This document shows, in pieces, positions 29,989-38,577 of a stretch of 64,000 bases of DNA. Position 1 is the stretch's first letter; each line of letters starts with the position of its first letter. The notes beneath the pieces were generated by a model. The model saw only the letters and a list, made by a program, of their open reading frames with translations, was not told the origin of the DNA and ran no database searches. Both the position numbers and the translations under genes were made by a program. This DNA comes from Myxococcota bacterium. GTDB lineage: Bacteria; Myxococcota_A; SURF-8. The stretch is from assembly GCA_963674735.2 (NCBI GenBank), contig CAXXQS010000001.1:1536001-1600000 (forward strand). Reading direction: 5' to 3'.

Positions 29989-31146
29989 CTACTCCATCAC
30001 GTTGGTTAAGGCCGCGACAAAGTCGGCGGCCTGCTGGTCGGTCAGACAGTAAGGCGGCAAGAGCCGCAGGATAGCCGGATTCTGGGCTCCACCTGTGAGA
30101 ATGTGATGCTTCTCGATCAACTCGGTAATCGGTCCGGCGGCCGGCCGATCGAGTTCGAGCCCCAGCAGAAAGCCGCGCCCGTGAATGGTTTGAACGCCGG
30201 GGACGCCTGCCAGTTTGTCGATCAGCCAGGCGCTGATGCGGCGCACGTTACCCATGTATTCACCATCCGCCAGGACTTCCAGCACCGCCAGCCCGGCGGC
30301 CGATGCCAGCGGATTGCCGCCGAAGGTCGAGCCCAGTTTGCCCTTGGTGGCCACGGCGGCCACGTGGTCATCGGCGACGACCGCGCCACAGGGAACGCCG
30401 CCCGCGATGCCTTTGGCCATGCTGATGATATTCGGGTTGATGCCGTAAGTTTCGGCAGCCGAATACGCGCCGGTGCGTCCGACGCCGCATTGCACCTCGT
30501 CGAAAATCAAAATCGCGCCGACTTCGTCGCAGCGATCTTTCATGGCTTGAAGGAACTCGGTCGTCATGGCGTATCCGCCCGCCAGGCCCTGCACCGGTTC
30601 GACGATCACCGCCGCGCAGTCGCCATCGACCAGTTTTTCGACGGCCGCAACGTCGTTACGCGGCAAAACGCGCGTGTCCGGCAACAGCGGTCCGGCGTTG
30701 TCCAAAGCCAGGTTGCGATAGCCTTCGAGCCCCGCCACGGCCAGCGTCCACAAGGTTCGGCCATGGAAGCCGCCCTCCACGCTCACCACCGCGCGACGGC
30801 CCGTCACCATACGCGCCAAGGTCAGCGCGATATCGTTGGCTTCCGCGCCGCTGTTGCACAGAAACACGGAATCGAGCCCTGCGGGCAGCGCCTTGACCAG
30901 CGCCGAACAAAAGGCATCGCGCATGGGACTGCCGACGATGTTGGAATAGAACAACAAGTCGTCACACTGCCGCTTGATCGCCTCCACCAGCTTGGGGTGG
31001 TTGTGACCGAGCACCGTCACGGCATGACCGCCGTACATGTCCAGATACTCCACGCCCTGCTCGTCGAAGACGCTGGCATAGCGCCCTTTGACCAGGTTGA
31101 GGGGCAACAGCGGATAAACCGGCATATGCGGAGGGGGAATCAACAT
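29989..31146 (-). CDS. argD: Acetylornithine aminotransferase (class III PLP)
   Basis: NSGAEAN, FHGRT, EPVQG, DEVQCGVGRTG, AKGIAGG, STFGGNP. Confidence 0.93.
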   Translation of the reverse strand: MLIPPPHMPVYPLLPLNLVKGRYASVFDEQGVEYLDMYGGHAVTVLGHNHPKLVEAIKRQCDDLLFYSNIVGSPMRDAFCSALVKALPAGLDSVFLCNSGAEANDIALTLARMVTGRRAVVSVEGGFHGRTLWTLAVAGLEGYRNLALDNAGPLLPDTRVLPRNDVAAVEKLVDGDCAAVIVEPVQGLAGGYAMTTEFLQAMKDRCDEVGAILIFDEVQCGVGRTGAYSAAETYGINPNIISMAKGIAGGVPCGAVVADDHVAAVATKGKLGSTFGGNPLASAAGLAVLEVLADGEYMGNVRRISAWLIDKLAGVPGVQTIHGRGFLLGLELDRPAAGPITELIEKHHILTGGAQNPAILRLLPPYCLTDQQAADFVAALTNVME

Positions 31147-32183
31147 GGAAATGCTCCCGGGTATTCGAGGCCGGCCGTTTCCGGCAGCCCCAGCATGAGG
31201 TTCATGTTCTGTACGGCCTGTCCGGCCGCGCCTTTGACCAGGTTATCGAGCACCGCCGTGACGACGAGTTCGTCGTTTTTCTGCAGGGCGGTCAGATGAA
31301 CGAAGTTCGTGCCGTTGACCGCCGCGAGTTGGGGCGGAGTGTCGTCGACGAGCACGAAGGGACAGTCATCACCGTAGGCGTCGCGATACAAGGCCGCCAG
31401 ATCGAGTTCGGCGAAACGCGCGTCTTTCGCGTACAGGGTGGCGTGAATGCCGCGCACGAAGGGCCCTGAATGCGTGAGCAGGCGCAAGGTCGCGCCGTCG
31501 TTTCCGAAGCGCCGCGCCAGTTGCAGGATTTCGGATTCGTGCCGATGCGCCAACAGGCTGTAGGCGAAGTAATTACCGTCCCGGAAGGGATGATGCGTGG
31601 TCGCCTTGGGCTTGTTTCCCGAGCCGGTCGAACCGGTGACGGCCGTCACCGCCGCGTGATCCGGCAGCAGTTTCGCTTGGGCCAACGGCAGCAGCGTCAG
31701 TTGTGCGGCGGTGGCGAAACAGCCCGGATTGGCGACATGCCGCGCCGCGCAGATTTCGGGTTTGAAGGCTTCGGGCAATCCGTAAACAAAGTGCGGCTGC
31801 AAATCGAAGTCGGCGTGTTCGCCGTAGACCGCCTGATACAAGTCGAGATCGCGAATGCGGTAATCGGCGGCCAGATCGATGATCCGGGCGCGTTTGTCGA
31901 GTGAATCGGCCTTAATGTGTTTCTGACTCATACCGTGGGGCAGCGCCAGAAAGAGCACGTCGACGGCCTCGACCCACTGCGCCACATCGCCCGACTCGAA
32001 AACCAGCGGCGGCAGATGCCGATGAGCCGGATGCACGTCGCTCAGCGGCTGTCCCGCATAGGTATGACTGATCGCGTGCAGGTCGTTTACGTTCGGATGC
32101 AGGCGCAGCCAGCGCAGCAACTCACCGCCCGCCATGCCGCCCGAACCGAGCACGCCCACGTTCAAGGATGCCGTCTGCTTCAT
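31140..32183 (-). CDS. argC: N-acetyl-gamma-glutamyl-phosphate reductase
   Basis: LALPHG, YGLPE, ANPGCFAT, DNLVKGAAGQAVQNMN. Confidence 0.96.
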   Translation of the reverse strand: MKQTASLNVGVLGSGGMAGGELLRWLRLHPNVNDLHAISHTYAGQPLSDVHPAHRHLPPLVFESGDVAQWVEAVDVLFLALPHGMSQKHIKADSLDKRARIIDLAADYRIRDLDLYQAVYGEHADFDLQPHFVYGLPEAFKPEICAARHVANPGCFATAAQLTLLPLAQAKLLPDHAAVTAVTGSTGSGNKPKATTHHPFRDGNYFAYSLLAHRHESEILQLARRFGNDGATLRLLTHSGPFVRGIHATLYAKDARFAELDLAALYRDAYGDDCPFVLVDDTPPQLAAVNGTNFVHLTALQKNDELVVTAVLDNLVKGAAGQAVQNMNLMLGLPETAGLEYPGAFPC

Positions 32184-33238
32184 GATACCGCCCTCGCCAA
32201 ATCGCCCTCAACCACATCCAGCAGCCGTTCGATGTCGTAGCGGGCATTGTGAGCCTTCAGCTTGAGCTGCCCGCGAATATAATCCTGTCCCACGCTGTTG
32301 TCGGTGACCGGCCCCGCCACGGCGCTGATGGAAAGCTGGTAATCCTGCTCGAAAATCCGTTTCGCGCCGTAGATCGCCACCGGATCGGGGGCGCACATCA
32401 CGTGCGAAACCGCCTTCGCCATAATCGCGCGGTCTTGCAGAATATCCTGTACGCCGTATTCTCCCAGAATACCGTCGCCGAGTTCCGCCACGATGAGATC
32501 GGGTTTCAGACGCGACAGATGATTGAGAATTCCGCGCACGATGGGCAGAATCACGCCGCCGCGCGTCGAAACGGCTCCGGCATCGGTGAAGTCCGCCGCG
32601 GCCATCGCTCCGGCATCGGTCATGGCCAGCGTGTCGCGCATGAGGCTGACGCCCGTGAGTTTGCAAGCGGCCACGCGCTTTCCGCGATTGCTGAGACCGC
32701 GCACGATTTCGGCGGCGGCTACGGTTTTCCCGCTGTTCATACAGGTTCCCGCCACACACACGAGCGGCACGTCCAACTCCAGCTTTTCGGAGGGAATGAT
32801 GGAGCGGCTGCGAATGCTGGCCGGACGGCCGATGCGGTCGCCGGTATCGGGAAACTCCAGCACCGCCCCCAGCACTTCGGCCTCGAAGGGCGAGCCCAAC
32901 TCGGGGTTCTCGGCCGTGCACAGTCCCAACACACCACCCAGGTTGAGTACGTGCACACGGTCCCCGACCTTCAGCGATTCGGGCACGACCCCGGCATAGC
33001 CTTTCAGCGCGCGCCGGAAGCCAAGCACACCCGCCAAAGTGTCACCGGCATGCAGTTTGACCATACGTCCGGTGGTGTCTTCGATGGTATTGTATTGATA
33101 TTTGTTGTTCAGGATGCGCACGGCAACGATGCAGCCTTCCTGCGCGAGAATCTCTTCGCCGATGATGACTTCCTCGCTCAAGCCCGCATTGCGCGTGGCC
33201 GAAGCAACCCGATTGATCTGTATCCGTCTGACTGTCAT
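32180..33238 (-). CDS. DUF1611/DgcN-like P-loop protein, first gene of the arg operon
   Basis: VAGTCMNSGKT P-loop variant, KLTG, DFTDAG..ST, VAELGDGI. Stop overlaps the argC ATG (ATGA). Start is ATG 33238 or GTG 33250. Confidence 0.7.
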   Translation of the reverse strand: MTVRRIQINRVASATRNAGLSEEVIIGEEILAQEGCIVAVRILNNKYQYNTIEDTTGRMVKLHAGDTLAGVLGFRRALKGYAGVVPESLKVGDRVHVLNLGGVLGLCTAENPELGSPFEAEVLGAVLEFPDTGDRIGRPASIRSRSIIPSEKLELDVPLVCVAGTCMNSGKTVAAAEIVRGLSNRGKRVAACKLTGVSLMRDTLAMTDAGAMAAADFTDAGAVSTRGGVILPIVRGILNHLSRLKPDLIVAELGDGILGEYGVQDILQDRAIMAKAVSHVMCAPDPVAIYGAKRIFEQDYQLSISAVAGPVTDNSVGQDYIRGQLKLKAHNARYDIERLLDVVEGDLARAVS

Positions 33239-33266
33239 GTTCGCTTCCACATCCGTTTATCTGATA

Positions 33267-33319
33267 TGCATTTTATGCACTACTACGCATGGTTATACGC
33301 CTAAGCGGTTGAATGTCAA
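33267..33319 (-). promoter_or_regulatory. Sigma70-type arg operon promoter with ARG-box-like palindrome
   Basis: TTGACA(33319-14)-N16-TATAAC(33297-92), followed by TGCATAAAATGCA (33279-67). The palindrome is one nt shorter than the classical ArgR box core. Confidence 0.6.
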
Positions 33320-33754
33320 GGTTTTTATTGAAAACCATCCCCCTTCTCGATCGACCGGAGTTCCGGCGGGGCGCATCACCCGATAGTCTCAGTCAATCAA
33401 GTCAGTTAAGATCGCCCATGAAATATAGTGTGTTTCGCTGCCCGGCCGATTCCGTGCAGCATCCGCTCCCCCCGTTGACACCTTATATATGCCGCCCACC
33501 ATACCGTGCTTCGTTCGGTTTTGTGAAGAAGATTTTGCGATTCATATTTATTCATTTCCTAACTTCACACTTCGGTCCGTTCCTGCTCATTACGGCAATT
33601 TTTCATTTTGACCCGGCTTCGATTACTCTCGCATCTTATGCTCCATGAACGTTTTGACCAAAACCCGGCTTCACTGGATCAAAATCCGATCCGGCTTCAC
33701 AAGCCGTTTTCAAATCGCACAGGATCCCGTTTTTCACCCCACCGCTACCAAATG

Positions 33755-33799
33755 AAAAAGCCCGCCTGCCCGATAAACGTCGTATCGGGTCAAGCGGGC
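33755..33799 (-). terminator. Terminator-like hairpin downstream of DUF1566 lipoprotein gene
   Basis: gcccgc..cccgata / tatcggg..gcgggc stem with a T run on the minus strand. Confidence 0.55.
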
Positions 33800-33864
33800 C
33801 GCTTTCATTTTTTCATCTAGCTAATCTTGAAAACTCGTAAACCTAGAGCTCATGCCTCCGTTTA

Positions 33865-35514
33865 TTACTGAGGACCATTTTGCGGGACGCAGATGCCCTG
33901 CTGATCGCAAACGAGAACCTGATAGGGATTATCCGGGCAATCGCTATCCTGATTACAGGATGGAATGCAATATTTCCCTCCTTCCGGCGACTCACTGCAA
34001 ACACAGCCCAAAGCCGCGTCCGTTGGGCAGGCCTGCGCCGCCTCGCAATCCGATTGAGTGACGCAGGTGACGGGACCATCGGGCACGTCGCCATCAGGCG
34101 CATCGCCATCAGGCTCATCGCCATCGGGCACATCGCCATCAGGCATATCGCCATCAGGCGTGTCACCATCGGGCAAGTCGCCATCAGGCAAGTCGCCATT
34201 CGCGATTTGCAGGTCATCGCGGACGCAGCGAACGAAATTCAGAATGCGAATCGCATCGCCCTGCGGTCCGTTGCCTTGCGCATAATCATCGGGGTTGCCG
34301 GCTTTAGGATCACTGCGCTGCGCGCCCGCACCATGGACATCCATCCATTGCTCGTTCATGTAGCCCATCGCCCGACCAAACGCCACATAGGCCGCGTTGC
34401 CTCCCTCGCGTCCATCGACCGAGTTCGCATGCGTCGTCGCACTCCAGTAACACCCGAAATCGGCCTGTCCGGCTTCGTTGGTGATACCGGTGGTTTCGAA
34501 CAGCGGATCGATGGCAGCCGAATTCGTGGTACCGGGGCTGCGGCTGTAATCGACGAGGCTCTGCAACTCTTTCGCGTTGGGCAGTCGCCAATCGCTATTA
34601 TCGGCCAGCTCCAGCCCCTCGCAATAGATCAGTGCTTCCTCCCAATTCATGGTGGAAACGCTGTCCGCCTGCTGCCACATCAAGCCGGTCGCCGCGTCGC
34701 GGATCGTCCCATCGCCGTTGTCGCTGAAGTCGTTTTCGCCATACACCGCCTTGCCACGCACGAAAATCGCGTAGTACCCGCCGACCTGGCGAAACATGGT
34801 CGGATAACATTTAATTCGTCCATCCGCGAAATTGACCCCAAAGAAGCATTCCTCGCCGCCCATGACGGAATCGACGTAGATGCTGCTGGTCACCCACTGC
34901 GAATCGATCACCCGCTCGCCGTTGGCTGTATCCCCGTAGGAAAATGCGAAGGTTTCATCGTCGATAAACGGCGTCATATTGCCGCTTTCTTCGGCCATCG
35001 GATCGACATCGCGCCCCGAAAACAGAATCAGCGAGTAGAGTTCTTTAATGGTCGGCACGCGCCAATCGTCGTATCCGGCCAGGTTGAATTCTTCCACCGC
35101 CGCAATCGCATCGGCATACTGCATTTTGTCGCCCGGATCCTGCTGCCACATCAAGCCGGTCACGCGATCCGAAACCGTGCCGTCGCCGTTGTCTTGATAG
35201 CGCGGCGCAAAACCGGCATATTGGGCATCCTGCCCGAAAAAGGACTCGCCTTGCGCGGCGCAAACCATGGTAGAAGTAGTATTGAAGCATTTGCTTTGAC
35301 CCGTATCCACAACAGCGTAATCCAATTCCTCATAAAGCGCATCATCACCATCGGCCTCGTCCCCATCGGTCTCGTCCCCATCGGCGTTATCGCCATCCGG
35401 CGCATCCCCGTCGCTCGAATCGTCGTCGCGATCGTTGCACGCGACAAAAACAACGAACATTGCCATCAACAGTACAATCATCATCCAGTCAATTTTCCGT
35501 TCGGCACCTAGCAT
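33865..35514 (-). CDS. Lipoprotein with two DUF1566 (Lcl C-terminal) domains, DGDxP repeats and Cys-rich tail
   Basis: Lipobox FVAC; DNGDGT..D..TGLMWQQ and W R.P..KEL.SL each occur twice. Confidence 0.88.
   Translation of the reverse strand: MLGAERKIDWMMIVLLMAMFVVFVACNDRDDDSSDGDAPDGDNADGDETDGDEADGDDALYEELDYAVVDTGQSKCFNTTSTMVCAAQGESFFGQDAQYAGFAPRYQDNGDGTVSDRVTGLMWQQDPGDKMQYADAIAAVEEFNLAGYDDWRVPTIKELYSLILFSGRDVDPMAEESGNMTPFIDDETFAFSYGDTANGERVIDSQWVTSSIYVDSVMGGEECFFGVNFADGRIKCYPTMFRQVGGYYAIFVRGKAVYGENDFSDNGDGTIRDAATGLMWQQADSVSTMNWEEALIYCEGLELADNSDWRLPNAKELQSLVDYSRSPGTTNSAAIDPLFETTGITNEAGQADFGCYWSATTHANSVDGREGGNAAYVAFGRAMGYMNEQWMDVHGAGAQRSDPKAGNPDDYAQGNGPQGDAIRILNFVRCVRDDLQIANGDLPDGDLPDGDTPDGDMPDGDVPDGDEPDGDAPDGDVPDGPVTCVTQSDCEAAQACPTDAALGCVCSESPEGGKYCIPSCNQDSDCPDNPYQVLVCDQQGICVPQNGPQ
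34075..34200 (-). repeat. 15-bp coding tandem repeat (about 8 units) encoding DGDxP
   Basis: NGDLP DGDLP DGDTP DGDMP DGDVP DGDEP DGDAP DGDVP. Confidence 0.9.
35341..35412 (-). repeat. 15-bp coding tandem repeat (about 5 units) encoding DGDxx
   Basis: DGDAP DGDNA DGDET DGDEA DGDD. Confidence 0.85.
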
Positions 35515-36343
35515 GTGTCTCCCCTTTCAAGTTGACAGCCACCTTAATCTAATCGTTCGAGCCGTCGTTCTTCACGAACAGACTTTCAACCCGATTTGTC
35601 TCAATCAAAGATCAAATATCCTCCTTCGCTTCTGCTCTTCTAATTTGAAGACGCTCCGCATACAAATTCATTACAAAGAAATACTTTTTTGGGTTCAGCT
35701 TGGGTCTTGCCCACTTACCATTCGGAAATATTCCGGCGCATACCCGCTGGTGCCGCTCCGCCTATGTAGCTGATATTTCTTATGTATTTCACCATTTTGC
35801 GTCCGTTTTCAGAGAGCAGGTACACGGCGACAGACTCAAACAGAAATATCATCTATTATTTCAGCAACTTACAAGCCAGTGACGACTGAGAAAATGTTTC
35901 TATTCATTATACTATTTTTAGTATTGCATTATTATCTTTCTATATGTTTTGTTTATTTTCTATTTGTCTTTACTCTGTGCAACATTTATTCAATTACATA
36001 TTGCCGTTATCTTATTGTTTTAATACAGGATTTACATTTTTTTCGGGCATTGAAGAATGAGCGATCTGTTATTTTGTCTTCTTATCTGATTATTACCAAT
36101 ACTGCACGTGTGACATAGTACGACCAATCGATATTCCCATCTGGTTACCGGGTATTAACCCCTGTTTTCCCCGCTTACGGCAAGGAATCGAACGCATTTC
36201 GCGTATTAACCGCCATAACGTCTTTCGAGCGCAGCGAGCGAAGAAAAAAGCACTTTTGACACTCGGGTGCTATATGACATTTAATCTTAACATTTGCCCT
36301 CTCTCGCTATTTTTGATACGATTTACGCCACGGGAGGTGACAC

Positions 36344-38170
36344 ATGCGTTATCCGCACATTTCAATGTTGGGACTCGTTTTTTTATGCCTAGCCGGGTTG
36401 CTCCTGATTATAGGCTGCGACAGCGATGATGATATTGATAAAGGCCCCGACAGCAGCGACGACTGCGAGCGTGTCGAGGGATCGGCCGATAGCTGCGACC
36501 ACGCTTATTGTTCGTCCGACGGGCGTTCGGGCAGTCGCGATTCGATTGTCAGCTACGAGGGTGAACCTTGTGAAGGCGATAACACGTGCTGCTATGGGAC
36601 GTTCTGCGAGACGTTCTACTTCGACTGCGAGGACGACCAGATCTGCGTCAGCTCCGACGACGGCTTCAGCGCTCTCTGCCAACCGAAAGATTCCATTCTC
36701 GACGGCGACGACCCCGATGGCGATGATCCCGACGGCGACGCCCCGGACGGCGACGAGCCGGATGGCGATGAACCCGGCGCTTTGTTTCAAAATCCTCACG
36801 ACGGCCGCCTTTACGCCGCCGCCTATTCCTTTTACATCACTCCCGATGAAACAAATCACCCTTGTACGCAATTCTTAGGCGGCACGAGTTCCGACCGTCG
36901 CGCCGATGGCGTATTGGACGATCTCGAAGCGCGCGTTCTCGTTCTGGAACAAGACGGCGTACATGCCATTTTGGTGTCGCTGGATCTGGTGGGCTGGCTC
37001 ATATCCGATGTCGATAAAGTCTGGGACGCCTTGGAGGAACTCGGCGTCAACCGCAATGCGGTGATGATTTCCTCCACCCACACCCACGAAGCACCCGACA
37101 CCATCGGCGTGTGGGGTGAAAGCGAATTCAGCTCCGGCCGCTGCCCCGAATACGTCGACTATCTGGTCGAATCGCTGGTATTCATGGTTGAAATTCTATC
37201 ATCTCGAATGGTTCCCGTCACACTTTTGGCTGCCGAAGGCGTCATCGATGAGCCGAGCGCCAGCCACTCCAACCTGGTGGTCGATTCGCGTTATCCGCAC
37301 ATCACCAACGATCATCTGGCGGTCGCGAAACTGCTCACCGACGACGACGTCACGGTCGCAACAATCGTCAACTGGCATAACCATCCCGAAGCGTTTATCA
37401 ACTCAAGCGAATACACCGCCGATTTTCCGCGTTACACGCGCTGGAAAATGGAACACGAACTCGGCGGCACCTGCCTTTACTTCAGCGGCACGGTCGGCGG
37501 CCTGATGACGCCGCTGGGACTGACGATCCCCGCTCGCAATTACGGCGGTTATCCCGTTTGGGATGGCGTCGATGATCCGCATATGATCAGCGACACCGGC
37601 CCAGAGATGAGTGTCAGCCTGGGAATGCTTGTTGGGGAACACGCCCTGCGTATCCTCGAAAACGCCCAGCCGATAAGCGGTTCGCTACGCTTGGATTTCG
37701 AGCGCGTTCTTTTTCCCTTTGAAAATATTCTCTTCTCGATTGCCTTCGATATGGGCGTGATGGAAGCCTACGACGAATGGGTTTACGATGACGAGATCTG
37801 CGGATCGCTGGGCTGCATGCCGCAAAATCTCATGCATCTTCAACTGGGAACATTACACGTCGTAACCCTGCCGGGCGAAGTCTTCCCGGAAACCTCGGTC
37901 GGTCGCCCCGCCTCCAGCCACGATTTCGGCGGGGAATGGGGCGTCAAGGAATACGCCGCCATCGAAGGTTACCGCAGCCATCTTCCCGACGGCCACATCT
38001 TGTTTGAACTGGGCTTGGCCAACAACGAAATGGGTTATATCCTGCCGGAAGGCGACTACCAACCCAATGAACATCCCGGCTACTATGAAGAATATTTCTC
38101 GATTTCCAGTCAAACCGAAGCGCTCGTACGCGAGACTATCGGCGAGCTGCTCGACCGCTCCGAGCCGTAG
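36344..38170 (+). CDS. Lipoprotein with neutral/alkaline ceramidase-like metallo-amidohydrolase domain
   Basis: Lipobox IIGC, Cys-rich segment and DGD repeats, then ARVLVL, VSLDLVG, STHTHEAPD, NHPE, ADFP. Confidence 0.72.
   Translation: MRYPHISMLGLVFLCLAGLLLIIGCDSDDDIDKGPDSSDDCERVEGSADSCDHAYCSSDGRSGSRDSIVSYEGEPCEGDNTCCYGTFCETFYFDCEDDQICVSSDDGFSALCQPKDSILDGDDPDGDDPDGDAPDGDEPDGDEPGALFQNPHDGRLYAAAYSFYITPDETNHPCTQFLGGTSSDRRADGVLDDLEARVLVLEQDGVHAILVSLDLVGWLISDVDKVWDALEELGVNRNAVMISSTHTHEAPDTIGVWGESEFSSGRCPEYVDYLVESLVFMVEILSSRMVPVTLLAAEGVIDEPSASHSNLVVDSRYPHITNDHLAVAKLLTDDDVTVATIVNWHNHPEAFINSSEYTADFPRYTRWKMEHELGGTCLYFSGTVGGLMTPLGLTIPARNYGGYPVWDGVDDPHMISDTGPEMSVSLGMLVGEHALRILENAQPISGSLRLDFERVLFPFENILFSIAFDMGVMEAYDEWVYDDEICGSLGCMPQNLMHLQLGTLHVVTLPGEVFPETSVGRPASSHDFGGEWGVKEYAAIEGYRSHLPDGHILFELGLANNEMGYILPEGDYQPNEHPGYYEEYFSISSQTEALVRETIGELLDRSEP
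36701..36775 (+). repeat. 15-bp coding tandem repeat (5 units) encoding DGDxP
   Basis: DGDDP DGDDP DGDAP DGDEP DGDEP. Confidence 0.9.
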
Positions 38171-38342
38171 CTAAACAAGGCGGACGCGCCAGCCGCCAAC
38201 CAGCGGTCGCGTCTCCTTGATTTTCGGCAATTCGTCCCACCCAAAACCAAGAACGTCTCCGCCAACGAATCCGCGTTCCTGGGCCACGGCGTTTCAATTC
38301 TAAGTTTTTGACCGTTTTCCACCTACTATAATTCGACTTACG

Positions 38343-38418
38343 GGGTGCCATGGGCCAAGCCTTTGGCTTGCCCATGCTGTTTTCACGGGCAAACCTGACG
38401 GTTTAGCCCGTGCCACCC
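38343..38418. repeat. Inverted pair of palindromic REP-like units (REPIN-like)
   Basis: GGGTGCCATGGGCCAAGCC-ttt-GGCTTGCCCATG, and on the opposite strand GGGTGGCACGGGCTAAACC-gtca-GGTTTGCCCGTG. Confidence 0.65.
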
Positions 38419-38577
38419 ATCATCAAGCGAAAATTATTCGAGGCTAAATCAAAATTGAAACACCCTAGTTCCTGGCCTGAACCATTTGATCGATCGAAAA
38501 TATTTATAACACTTGTAGACTTACCATTTGTTTTGATATAAAGTAGGCAAATTGGCAAGCATTGAAGGAATTTTTCC

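Noticed and set aside
33600-33720. Short repeats CCGGCTTC and ORF 33608-33820
   Set aside because: Only three short, irregularly spaced copies, with no support for a gene or array.
34075-34200. Possible CRISPR or non-coding repeat array
   Set aside because: 15-bp in-frame coding units without spacers, and no cas genes.
33880-35511. 543-aa plus-strand ORF with IAIRH-like repeats
   Set aside because: Antisense shadow of the DUF1566 lipoprotein; its repeats are the reverse complement of the DGDxP codons.
35879-36118. 79-aa hydrophobic ORF
   Set aside because: Its composition follows from T-rich DNA; no RBS and atypical codon usage.
38383-38412. c-di-GMP-I riboswitch (GGGCAAACC)
   Set aside because: No GAAA tetraloop or GACGCAAAG junction; it is a simple palindrome mirrored by the adjacent unit.
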